Origin: a virus
Length of the DNA stretch: 49,447 bases
Reading direction: 5' to 3' (one strand)
Virus record (IMG/VR): IMGVR_UViG_3300050019_000017
Span: 1-49,447 of that record
Shown here piece after piece: positions 34,888-43,246 of the stretch. The notes beneath the pieces are model-generated. The model was not told the origin of the DNA, made no database searches, and saw nothing but the letters and a program-made list of their open reading frames with translations. A program made the translations under genes and the position numbers. How positions within the stretch are numbered: position 1 is the stretch's first letter; each line of letters opens with the position of its first letter.

Positions 34888-35157
34888 ATGCTAATGTTTG
34901 GAAATCGGAAGGACAAAATGGACAAGCCTAGTAGTATCCCGCCTGTACCATCAACCATCAACATCAATGTGTACTTGCACAATCTTGACGATGGTACCGC
35001 GAAACAATTAACAAGTTTAGGAGTCAAGGTGGATCACTTAACAGAAGTCATCATAGCAGCATTTAGTGGTGATCCTGCAAAGATTGAAACCTTGGCTCAA
35101 AGGTTGTCTGCTAGCAGTACGAAACTTGCGGCTGCTGTTGAAGCGAACAAGATATAA
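34888..35157 (+). CDS. hypothetical protein, paralogue of 35205..35429
   Basis: AGGAG upstream. It shares the ...KI..LA.RL...S..LAAAV.AN C-terminus with the next gene. Confidence 0.45.
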   Translation: MLMFGNRKDKMDKPSSIPPVPSTININVYLHNLDDGTAKQLTSLGVKVDHLTEVIIAAFSGDPAKIETLAQRLSASSTKLAAAVEANKI

Positions 35158-35204
35158 GCAGCGGTCAAACCAAAACAACTAACCCCTAATTAGGAGTGTG
35201 TTCA

Positions 35205-35429
35205 ATGAGTGCAATGGATGATGCAGTACAGACACTAACTGACGATGTTACCGCCGATGAAACCGTAGAAGGTTCGGCAGTGACGTTGCTCTCTCAGCTT
35301 TCCGACTTGCTGTTGCAGTTTAAGGACAGCCCACAGAAGATCGTGGACCTTGCTGGCCGTCTCAAGACTCAGAGTGATGCTCTGGCCGCTGCTGTGGTTG
35401 CCAATACTCCGGCTGCTCCCGCTGCCTAA
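35205..35429 (+). CDS. hypothetical protein, paralogue of 34888..35157
   Basis: ORF track gives 35196 with a GTG start. The ATG at 35205 has AGGAG 8 nt upstream. Confidence 0.45.
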   Translation: MSAMDDAVQTLTDDVTADETVEGSAVTLLSQLSDLLLQFKDSPQKIVDLAGRLKTQSDALAAAVVANTPAAPAA

Positions 35430-35453
35430 ACGCGACCCTTCCCCTGTGTCATG

Positions 35454-35479
35454 GAAAGCCGGGTACGGTCCCGGCTTTC
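35454..35479. terminator. hairpin terminator between convergent operons
   Basis: GAAAGCCGGG / CCCGGCTTTC 10-bp stem with a 6-nt loop. Confidence 0.65.
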
Positions 35480-35480
35480 T

Positions 35481-35660
35481 TTATGCATCGCGTGTTACAC
35501 CGCGTTTTCTAATTTCATTTACCATATCTATCAACCCTCGTCTAAGTTCAAGTGTTTTACTCATAAATTCTTTTCCAACATCATCAGCCATAATCATATT
35601 GATACCTTGTAATATGGCTAATTGTGAACGAAACAAAAGTTCTTTTTCACGTCGCATCAT
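35481..35660 (-). CDS. hypothetical protein
   Basis: ORF track gives 35481..35675. The ATG at 35660 overlaps the polymerase stop (ATGA). Confidence 0.4.
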   Translation of the reverse strand: MMRREKELLFRSQLAILQGINMIMADDVGKEFMSKTLELRRGLIDMVNEIRKRGVTRDA

Positions 35661-37666
35661 TCTATGTCTCCCCATGTAGGTCCGCGTCCTACTGTAAACT
35701 TGATTGGTACACGTAACGGCAAACTGGTTTGCATGATGTGTCTCAAATAAGCATGGGCTTCATTCCGAATAGGACTATCATCAATCACGCTATGATCGTT
35801 CTCATCATGTACCGTAAGTGTGGGAACACCTGTAACAGCATAGACACCTTCATTCCATGCTCTGAGCATTCCTGTTTTCATAATGTCACCTTCGCCACCT
35901 TGTAAAGTGCCACTGATAGCAGAATGTGTCATAGCTCGCTTAATCATTTGTCCATATTGTCTAAGTGCCCATTCATACGGTAATGGCTTTGCACGATTCT
36001 CATAATTTGTATCTCTAGGTTCCCACAAGTTGAATCTGAATCTGCGTCCTAATAAGCTTTTGACATAACCTAGTGTGTCTGCCTGTCCCGCTAACATATC
36101 CATAGTAGCTTTCATATATGGTGCTGCTTCGTGTGAGGCACTAAAGATAATATCCGCGATAGCTTGCGGTACGTTTAGCATACGTTTGACTTTCTTTTTA
36201 CCCGCTCCAAACATAGTACCAAAATTGAAATTCTTAATGGGCTTGCGTTTCACTTCAATACCGGCAATCTTCTGTACAAGATCATGGGCACGATCATGGT
36301 AGTCAGTATCAGGATTGGTGTTGTAGTCTGCTCGTAGTTCATCGCTTCCTTTACCTACCGCGATATGAGCTAAAATACGATATTGTAATTGGCTGAAGTC
36401 ACCCTTTTCCCAACATAGATGCCCTTCAAATGGAACAAAGATTTTGCGTATCTCATTACCAAGATCAGCAGGTAGATCAAACTTAATTAGATTGTCATCT
36501 TCGCGTACCGGGATGTTTTGTAGGTTAGGATTGGAGCTAGATAAACGTCCTACTCTTGTTCCACCTTCATCAGAGCGCAATGGGTGAAATTCACCATGTA
36601 TAATACCATTTATATTTCCATCTAGGATATAAGACTTTAGAAAGGTATTATGAAGTATCTCAAGCTTGCGAATAGCTAAGACAAGATCAGCAATAGGATG
36701 ATCTAACCCTTGAAGCCATTCTTTTGCAAAGCTTGGATTCCCTTTTTCCGTTTGCGGCGGGGTGACGTTAATTGCTTTGAATATCTTTTGAATGTCTCCG
36801 CCTGTTGTTGATTCCGCTCTAACACCTGTTTCAGTATAGATTCGTTCGTACAGTTTGTTAATTTGAGGACCGATTCGTCCATACATTTCCTCTGCTTTCT
36901 TTACGTCAACTCTCACACCTTGCCGTCGCATTGCTACCCACAACCGGATTAGATCACATTCCATCCGGTATATGTGTCCTAACCCTTCGGCTTGAAGTGT
37001 TCGCCACTGTGCTTTGATTATTTGAATAGGTAGGCTTGAATCAACTTCGGCATAAGGTCCAACTAGCCGGGGTGAACAGCGGTATATATTTTCACGTTGC
37101 TTACCTGTAGCTTCGCCGCCATAAGCATCAGCGGACCATTGATACAGTATGTTAGATTCTTTACCACGTTTCAGGTATTTATCACCAAGATAATCAAGGT
37201 CAACAAAGCCGGATTCGTCAAGCAATGCTTCTGAGAATTGGCAATCGTGTAATTCTCCCGCCACTTCAATTCCGTCATCGGCAAGGTTTCCAGTATCATA
37301 GATGAGATTAGCCCCAAATTTCGGTATGGGCATTTGAAGAACTTCCGCGAGAAACGCATCAACCTTTTCCGGGTCAAGATTATACTCCGGTTCTACTTCA
37401 TGGTACTTGGGAAAGTACCAGCTTTTCATTGTACCGTCGCGCCAATAGCCTGTTACTGAGGCTCCTACAACCTTAGCCTTACCACGTGACCATCCGGGTC
37501 CGTGGTCTATGTCCATTTCTTTTTCTTCGGAGTCAATACCGAGTAGGATACACTGGCTTAGGTTGGGAAATTCTTTCGGCGGCAACCATCCGGTTTCCGG
37601 CGTGGTAGGCAGTTGCTTTAGAACGGTACGCTTCCGCTCTGTCAAATCTATGTCGTCAAAGAACAT
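35657..37666 (-). CDS. family A DNA polymerase
   Basis: RKPIKNFNFGTMFGAG (motif B), LTVHDEN (motif C) and an N-terminal exonuclease-like GIDSEE. 669 aa. Confidence 0.9.
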   Translation of the reverse strand: MFFDDIDLTERKRTVLKQLPTTPETGWLPPKEFPNLSQCILLGIDSEEKEMDIDHGPGWSRGKAKVVGASVTGYWRDGTMKSWYFPKYHEVEPEYNLDPEKVDAFLAEVLQMPIPKFGANLIYDTGNLADDGIEVAGELHDCQFSEALLDESGFVDLDYLGDKYLKRGKESNILYQWSADAYGGEATGKQRENIYRCSPRLVGPYAEVDSSLPIQIIKAQWRTLQAEGLGHIYRMECDLIRLWVAMRRQGVRVDVKKAEEMYGRIGPQINKLYERIYTETGVRAESTTGGDIQKIFKAINVTPPQTEKGNPSFAKEWLQGLDHPIADLVLAIRKLEILHNTFLKSYILDGNINGIIHGEFHPLRSDEGGTRVGRLSSSNPNLQNIPVREDDNLIKFDLPADLGNEIRKIFVPFEGHLCWEKGDFSQLQYRILAHIAVGKGSDELRADYNTNPDTDYHDRAHDLVQKIAGIEVKRKPIKNFNFGTMFGAGKKKVKRMLNVPQAIADIIFSASHEAAPYMKATMDMLAGQADTLGYVKSLLGRRFRFNLWEPRDTNYENRAKPLPYEWALRQYGQMIKRAMTHSAISGTLQGGEGDIMKTGMLRAWNEGVYAVTGVPTLTVHDENDHSVIDDSPIRNEAHAYLRHIMQTSLPLRVPIKFTVGRGPTWGDIE

Positions 37667-38400
37667 TGGGTAAAGTGCTCATTTATCACTTTGGCAAAAA
37701 CGAAAGGAATAGCTGGAATAACTGCATTACCTAATACTTTGAATCTGTCCAATTCAACGGATAACCCATCAATAGCTCTAGGAATTGTGGATTCAATACC
37801 CCATGATCCACACAATTGTCGGGCCATTTCCCATATTTTGCCATTTGCCAAAGCGAATTGTAACCACCCCATTTTTGTGCATTGGCATTCTTGTTTGGTG
37901 CTGCATAAGCAGCGCAAGGTGTCGGTAGCCACGATCCAGATTCTATCTCTCGTATGAGGGGCGCTAAGATAGGAAGCTGAAACACAATGCCATTCTGCAT
38001 CATACCGGAGCGCGGCCAAGTCCCATAATACTTTCTCGAATACGTCTGTATCTTTATTTCTAATGGTACTGACATTTTCAATAAAGATACATTTAGGTCT
38101 AAGCTCACTAATAATTCGTGCCATTTCTGACCATAATGATGTACGATTGCCACTTAAACCTAATCTCTTTCCCGCTGTACTAACATCTTGACAAGGAAAA
38201 CCCCCTACTAGACAATTAACAGGTTTCAAATTTATTGCTTGTCTAATATCCTTAATCCGCAAAGTGTTAGGCCAACGTTTTTCCAAAATATGATTACAAA
38301 AAGGGTCAATTTCAACTTGCCATTCAATAGTAAAACCAGCTTGTTGAAATCCCAAATCAATGCCGCCTATTCCAGTAAACAGTGATCCAATGGTAGGCAT
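37648..38400 (-). CDS. DNA (cytosine-5)-methyltransferase
   Basis: FTGIGG, GGFPCQDVS, FIENV, SAPHTRDRIWIVA and KVLGNAVIP occur in order. The ATG at 38400 overlaps the upstream stop (TAATG). See the finding on the nested +1 ORF. Confidence 0.8.
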   Translation of the reverse strand: MPTIGSLFTGIGGIDLGFQQAGFTIEWQVEIDPFCNHILEKRWPNTLRIKDIRQAINLKPVNCLVGGFPCQDVSTAGKRLGLSGNRTSLWSEMARIISELRPKCIFIENVSTIRNKDTDVFEKVLWDLAALRYDAEWHCVSASYLSAPHTRDRIWIVATDTLRCLCSTKQECQCTKMGWLQFALANGKIWEMARQLCGSWGIESTIPRAIDGLSVELDRFKVLGNAVIPAIPFVFAKVINEHFTQCSLTT

Positions 38401-39467
38401 TAGAAGGGTATGCAGTTTCCACAACAAGGTTTGCCGTCACAACATCCACCGTCGCGACACGATTGACAATCTTCTTTACTGTACTTGTTGAATACTTGAT
38501 GCTGGATACAACCACGAAATTTGTCACCTATGAACATAGTACGATCATGCAACGTTGCTGAATAGTGAGTAGCTATCTTACAAACGTCCATCAGTGCTTT
38601 TATGTTATAAATACGTGGTTGCATGAACTGTGAAATTGTTTTGGTTTCAGCAGTATCATCATTTGCTTCAACCTTGTTTCCGTTACACAGTACCGTACCA
38701 TCTTTGCAGAACGGTGCTATACATTTCAATGCAGGTAACAGGTCTGCTGGAAATTCAATACTGCTCTCACTACCGTCAAGATAGTTTGTTACTCCCATCG
38801 GCCATGCTTCTTTGTACAACTGCGTTTTGATCCAACTTTGATCGCTAAAATGAAACGTCATGGATTGTTCACCATACCCAACTGCTACCAGTTCCTTGCC
38901 ACATTTCAATACGGCGGCAACTCCTGCCTTTGGGAGTACAACTGTGGGCAGAGTATAACCATGCCAAGCTTCTAAAATGACTGTTCGATCCGTGGCGATC
39001 GCACTCCCCGGTCCAAGCTGAATACTGGCCGTCAAGACGTGTTCCGCCTTATCCCCGGCGAGTGGGGCAACGATTCGCAAAGCGTCTGTGACGGCTGTTC
39101 CCACAGCAAGCGTAGCTGCGTCGGGCTGCGCTGAGACAAGCGATCCCGGCTTGAGACAAGGGATAGAGGCTTGGAAGTCGCCAGAGCGCACCAGAAGGCT
39201 TGCAGGGGGTATTTGCGTGAGGCTGTAATCCTCTCCGCAACGGTCCATTGCCAGAATCAGATTCAGAGTTTCAGGACAGGCAACAAGATCATTGTTGATT
39301 ATGATTCCCGCACCTAAAATACCGTCAAAAGCCGTGGCGGTCCATCCACCTAAAACACAGTGCGTTTGACCGTCATTGCCCTTGTGACGTTGGGCACAGG
39401 CGATGAAACGTAGTGCGTCAAGGAACGGTTTAGTTACTACGTCTTTTTTCTTACGTCCGCGTGGCAT
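38400..39467 (-). CDS. sliding-clamp-like (DNA pol III beta-like) protein with a Cys-rich tail
   Basis: 355 aa in the replication operon with a weak overall resemblance to phage beta-clamp-like proteins. The C-terminus is CQSCRDGGCCDGKPCCGNCIPF. Confidence 0.35.
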   Translation of the reverse strand: MPRGRKKKDVVTKPFLDALRFIACAQRHKGNDGQTHCVLGGWTATAFDGILGAGIIINNDLVACPETLNLILAMDRCGEDYSLTQIPPASLLVRSGDFQASIPCLKPGSLVSAQPDAATLAVGTAVTDALRIVAPLAGDKAEHVLTASIQLGPGSAIATDRTVILEAWHGYTLPTVVLPKAGVAAVLKCGKELVAVGYGEQSMTFHFSDQSWIKTQLYKEAWPMGVTNYLDGSESSIEFPADLLPALKCIAPFCKDGTVLCNGNKVEANDDTAETKTISQFMQPRIYNIKALMDVCKIATHYSATLHDRTMFIGDKFRGCIQHQVFNKYSKEDCQSCRDGGCCDGKPCCGNCIPF

Positions 39468-39686
39468 TTATGCTACCAATATTTGAGTTGCTTGTGTAAT
39501 GAAGCTTTTTAGATCATCTTCCGTCCAACCTTGATCTGGCTTTTCTTCTTTCAATTCAGCTACTGCGCGTTTAATAGCATCCATTGGTGCTGATGCCATA
39601 ACTTGAAAGGTATATTCATGGATACGTGCAAATGTTACGATGTATAAGTTTGTTTTGAGTAATTCTAACTTGGTAGGCTTATCCAT
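39468..39686 (-). CDS. hypothetical protein
   Basis: 72-aa ORF packed between neighbouring genes. Confidence 0.45.
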   Translation of the reverse strand: MDKPTKLELLKTNLYIVTFARIHEYTFQVMASAPMDAIKRAVAELKEEKPDQGWTEDDLKSFITQATQILVA

Positions 39687-40570
39687 TGTTCACATCCTTT
39701 CGCTATAAAATCGGCTGGTATGTTTTGTTGATAGTGATTGCAGAACCATTGTTCACCATCAACCGGCTGTGCATACTGACAACTACGGCAATTCTTATCT
39801 GGTGCTGCACTGAAATGACAAATAGTTTGTGCAGGACAAAACCTACATTCATAATATGATGGATTTTCTGATAGGCGACGTGGCGGAACATTAGATAGGA
39901 TTATGAACTCTGCTTTTCGTTCTTGTTCTTCTGCAAATTCCCAATCCAATTCTTCCAATTCAATGTCCCAATCATCATCATTTTTATCTTCGCATATATA
40001 GAGAATATAATGTAAATCAAGCTTACGCCCATAACTACAAGCTTGCGCCCAATGATGCGGCTTACCTTTAATAAATCCTTGCGAACTGATACGTCCATAC
40101 CAATTCGCGTTTGCAGTTTTAAATTCGACAAGTAATCGCTCAGAAAAGCTACCATAACGAATAGGCAACCTAGTGTTACTGTCAATAGAGCCACCATAAT
40201 GTCCGCCGATGCTTCTTGCGACATGAATTTGTTCTCCATCAATAGTGTGTGATTCAATTTCAAAACCTATGCCGGTTAAAATTCCAATAGCTATCTTTTC
40301 AAATATGTCACCACGTTGGAATAATCTAGCCATGCGTCCATCAAATTTCTCTTGAACCATCCAACGAAACTTATACCAAACATATCTAGCACAGCTATGC
40401 CCTATTTCAGAAATACCTAAATGAGTCCGCCGTTCATCTAATAATGTTTGTTGACAGTAAGAATCAACATCCTTCTTAATCTGTGTAGCAATGTCATCAC
40501 GTCCTGCTCTGTTATAAAGATCAAACGTCAAAGTAGGATTGATAGGCGGGGGTGTGTATGGCTTAGTCAT
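39665..40570 (-). CDS. PD-(D/E)XK exonuclease (Cas4/RecB-like) with a C-terminal Cys cluster
   Basis: GGSIDS...LLVEFKT core plus the CRFC...C...CRSC Cys cluster. Confidence 0.65.
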   Translation of the reverse strand: MTKPYTPPPINPTLTFDLYNRAGRDDIATQIKKDVDSYCQQTLLDERRTHLGISEIGHSCARYVWYKFRWMVQEKFDGRMARLFQRGDIFEKIAIGILTGIGFEIESHTIDGEQIHVARSIGGHYGGSIDSNTRLPIRYGSFSERLLVEFKTANANWYGRISSQGFIKGKPHHWAQACSYGRKLDLHYILYICEDKNDDDWDIELEELDWEFAEEQERKAEFIILSNVPPRRLSENPSYYECRFCPAQTICHFSAAPDKNCRSCQYAQPVDGEQWFCNHYQQNIPADFIAKGCEQWISLPS

Positions 40571-40783
40571 TTATTTATAAAATGCTTTATAAGCATTTTC
40601 GTTTTTAATTTGTAATGCTGCTTCTTTCCATGCATCACGTCCACGTTGATACCATCGGCTGAGATATTGGTTATCAATCGTCCAATCTTTTACCCGATAC
40701 TGTTTTTCAAGTCCAATAAATCTAATTTCAATTATGGCATTAGGATAGATACGTATAACCTGTTTTTTATAGTTACAACTCAT
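40571..40783 (-). CDS. hypothetical protein
   Basis: 70-aa ORF with AGGAG 11 nt upstream. Confidence 0.45.
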   Translation of the reverse strand: MSCNYKKQVIRIYPNAIIEIRFIGLEKQYRVKDWTIDNQYLSRWYQRGRDAWKEAALQIKNENAYKAFYK

Positions 40784-40918
40784 TTTATAAACCGCTCCTA
40801 GTCATCGCTTTTTACTTGCTATGCACTACGGTCTATGGGAGATAAGAACCTATCTGATCTTCCGATCCCGTAACGTCGAACAGCCTTTTCATTGGCTCTT
40901 AGAAGCGGTTTATAAAAC

Positions 40919-40948
40919 GTACAGGGAATACAACGGTACCCCCTGTAC
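40919..40948 (-). terminator. terminator-like hairpin after the SSB-like gene
   Basis: GTACAGGG / CCCTGTAC 8-bp stem with a 14-nt loop. GTTTTATAAA follows on the minus strand. Confidence 0.4.
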
Positions 40949-40955
40949 AACCTGC

Positions 40956-41615
40956 TTATTTAGGTGGTTGCCATGTTGGTGCTGCTGGTGGACCCCAAGG
41001 CGGTGCCGCTCCTGCTGGTGGGGCTGTTGGTGGGGCTGCTGCCGGTGCCGGTGCTCCCCAAGGGGCTGCTGCTGTGGGCGGGGCTGCTTGCGGCGGTGCA
41101 TAAGTCGGTGCTCCCGGTGCTGGTGGACCCCAACTAGGCGCTGTTGCTGGTGCCGGTGCTCCCCCGCCCCATGCCGGGGCTGCTGGTGGTTGCGGCGGTC
41201 CTGCTGGTGCCACTCCCTTACCGGGCAAATTGCCGTTGATATCTTTTACAGCCTTGACATTGTTGTATGATCCGTCATTGTTCACGGTAGCAATAAACGG
41301 AATGTTATGTAGCTGTTCTGATGCCTGAAGATTGAATACTTGTAATACATGGCACAAACCAGACAACTGTTTGTAGGCAATTTCAACAGTTTGCTGATTC
41401 TTGTTAAACAAATTCAGATTCCACATGAATTTGTGGCCCTTGTTTGGATGCTGTGGCATAACTACTAACCAAAGCACTAGCATTCCACCGTCACCTGCCG
41501 ATGTTGCTTTACTTTCAGATGACTCAATGTACACTGGATAATCACCAGCAGGTACAAGTGAAATACCAAAACTCGGTTCTACTGCTCTTGCGTCAAACGG
41601 TTGTGGAAATTGCAT
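40956..41615 (-). CDS. DUF669-like ssDNA-binding protein with a Pro/Ala/Trp-rich tail
   Basis: The N-terminal pattern PAGDYPVYIESSESKATSAGDGGMLVLWL and adjacency to the AAA ATPase fit phage DUF669/Sak4 pairs. Confidence 0.5.
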   Translation of the reverse strand: MQFPQPFDARAVEPSFGISLVPAGDYPVYIESSESKATSAGDGGMLVLWLVVMPQHPNKGHKFMWNLNLFNKNQQTVEIAYKQLSGLCHVLQVFNLQASEQLHNIPFIATVNNDGSYNNVKAVKDINGNLPGKGVAPAGPPQPPAAPAWGGGAPAPATAPSWGPPAPGAPTYAPPQAAPPTAAAPWGAPAPAAAPPTAPPAGAAPPWGPPAAPTWQPPK

Positions 41616-41619
41616 AACT

Positions 41620-42300
41620 TCACACTCCTAAGATTTTGCTAAATACTGACGTTAGGTTTGGGTACTCCATTTCAGCGAGTAACCCGCTTCGATCACGCGC
41701 AACCCATTGTGTGCTAAGTTTGGTGTATAATCCTCTCCATTCTTGTCCGTTAACGTCACGGCCAGAAGTCATTCTTAATGTTTCATCAAAGAAATAAGGC
41801 AACTGATTACCAAGTTTTGATCCGGGCATCATAGGTTGATAAAGCATCATGCCTGTTGATTCATCTTTAATCCATTCCTCTTTTGCAACAAGTACGACAG
41901 AACGGCCCGGTAGATCACGAAACCATTTAACTAACCTGATACCTTCAAGCAACATATTTCCATAGGCTTTTCGTCCATCCTTGTTCTTTTTCATTTCCTC
42001 AGTTAGTAATACTTCGCATATTTCACTGAGGCTATCAAGGCATGGAGTATAAAACTGACGAGCTTCGTATGATGACTGTAACCAACAGCAAGCTTCCGTT
42101 AAAGCACTATAGTTACCAATATCAACCCAAGGTACCGGCGGATTATTACGCTTAACTGACAGTAAACCTTTTTCAGCACTAAAGATGATAGGTGCTGGTG
42201 CTGTGGCACATAACGGAGTCTTACCAACTCCACTTTTGCCATATACCAAACATTTGATGCCGTCAAAACCAACATTAGCTGAAGATTGAATTTGAATCAT
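41620..42300 (-). CDS. RecA-like AAA ATPase (Sak4-like)
   Basis: Walker A GKSGVGKT. The ATG at 42300 overlaps the upstream stop (TAATG). ORF track gives the longer form to 42345. Confidence 0.65.
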   Translation of the reverse strand: MIQIQSSANVGFDGIKCLVYGKSGVGKTPLCATAPAPIIFSAEKGLLSVKRNNPPVPWVDIGNYSALTEACCWLQSSYEARQFYTPCLDSLSEICEVLLTEEMKKNKDGRKAYGNMLLEGIRLVKWFRDLPGRSVVLVAKEEWIKDESTGMMLYQPMMPGSKLGNQLPYFFDETLRMTSGRDVNGQEWRGLYTKLSTQWVARDRSGLLAEMEYPNLTSVFSKILGV

Positions 42301-42512
42301 TAGAACTCTACTTTCACTCCCGGCAGAACTTCTTTGACAGTGCAAAACAACACCTTACGCTTTGGTTCCATTACTGTTTCAACAATAAAACTATTATGCT
42401 GTGGTGTACCGTCATCAGGAATTTCAATATGCTGTGTGTGACAAGTTAGCAATTCTGTACCGTCAGACTTTGATTCGTCCAACACATTGATTGTTATCCT
42501 AAGTTGTTTCAT
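42300..42512 (-). CDS. hypothetical protein
   Basis: 70-aa ORF overlapping its neighbours. Confidence 0.45.
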   Translation of the reverse strand: MKQLRITINVLDESKSDGTELLTCHTQHIEIPDDGTPQHNSFIVETVMEPKRKVLFCTVKEVLPGVKVEF

Positions 42513-42966
42513 TGGTTGATTCCTCTGGTGGGATCAATTCAATTTCCGGGGCACCGGGCTTAATAATGATTGCAGCAGCGGATAATTCTTTCAGGTGAGC
42601 ATTTGTGGCTAAAAGTGGGAGTAAAGTTTTGCGGTAGGCTGTAAGAGATATTTCAGGTACCCACTTATATAACTGAATAGGTAATGATGGGTCAATAGTA
42701 TGTAACGCTGCTCCTAACTGTTCTGTTTCACCTTGAGCATTCGTCATACTATAATTCATCTTATGATTGACCTTTAGCTTCCAAGCGTTTAGATCAAATG
42801 TTTCCACACCTTCTAATTTGGTGGGCATTGCTATAGCACGAATTAACTGTGAACGTCGCTCCCATTCGACAGGCTTCCACCTAGCTAATTCTTCTTTAGC
42901 TTTATACCACTCATTTAATAGTGCTTGTGCTTCAGATGGGAACGGCTTGACTGTGCTCTTTGCCAT
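42499..42966 (-). CDS. hypothetical protein, first gene of the leftward replication operon
   Basis: 155-aa ORF whose ATG lies 6 nt after a predicted -10 box. Confidence 0.5.
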   Translation of the reverse strand: MAKSTVKPFPSEAQALLNEWYKAKEELARWKPVEWERRSQLIRAIAMPTKLEGVETFDLNAWKLKVNHKMNYSMTNAQGETEQLGAALHTIDPSLPIQLYKWVPEISLTAYRKTLLPLLATNAHLKELSAAAIIIKPGAPEIELIPPEESTNETT

Positions 42967-42972
42967 AAAAGT

Positions 42973-43002
42973 ACCCTAGCAAAGCAGTTCCAAGCTTGTC
43001 AA
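42973..43002 (-). promoter_or_regulatory. sigma70-like promoter, apparently leaderless
   Basis: Minus strand reads TTGACA-N18-TAGGGT-N6-ATG, with the ATG at 42966. Confidence 0.45.
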
Positions 43003-43023
43003 GCACAAAATAAAACTTTTTGC

Positions 43024-43053
43024 TTGACAGATTTTAGACCCCTGATCTATCTT
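43024..43053 (+). promoter_or_regulatory. sigma70-like promoter, apparently leaderless
   Basis: TTGACA-N18-TATCTT-N7-ATG, with the ATG at 43061. No Shine-Dalgarno sequence is present. Confidence 0.45.
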
Positions 43054-43060
43054 CATTCCT

Positions 43061-43246
43061 ATGGCACCGAAGCAAAAATTTCGTAATCAAAGAATCTCAT
43101 TTAAGCCTGAAGATGATAATGCTTTGAAGTCACTTCAGCGTATAATGGAAACTAGGTTGAATCTAACCAAAGTGTCCAAAACATCAGCAATAAATCATGC
43201 AATACAACTAGCTCTTAAACAATACGAACCTAATCAAGTCGCGTGA
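43061..43246 (+). CDS. ribbon-helix-helix-like small regulator
   Basis: RISFKPEDDNALKSLQRIME shows a strand-helix pattern. 61 aa, first gene after the promoter. Confidence 0.4.
   Translation: MAPKQKFRNQRISFKPEDDNALKSLQRIMETRLNLTKVSKTSAINHAIQLALKQYEPNQVA

Noticed and set aside
40821-41270. 149-aa Cys/Trp/Arg-rich ORF antisense to the SSB-like tail, plus 40910..41101(-)
   Set aside because: They are low-complexity shadows of the GC-rich Pro/Ala tail region. The plus-strand ORF would also have to start in the intergenic terminator region.
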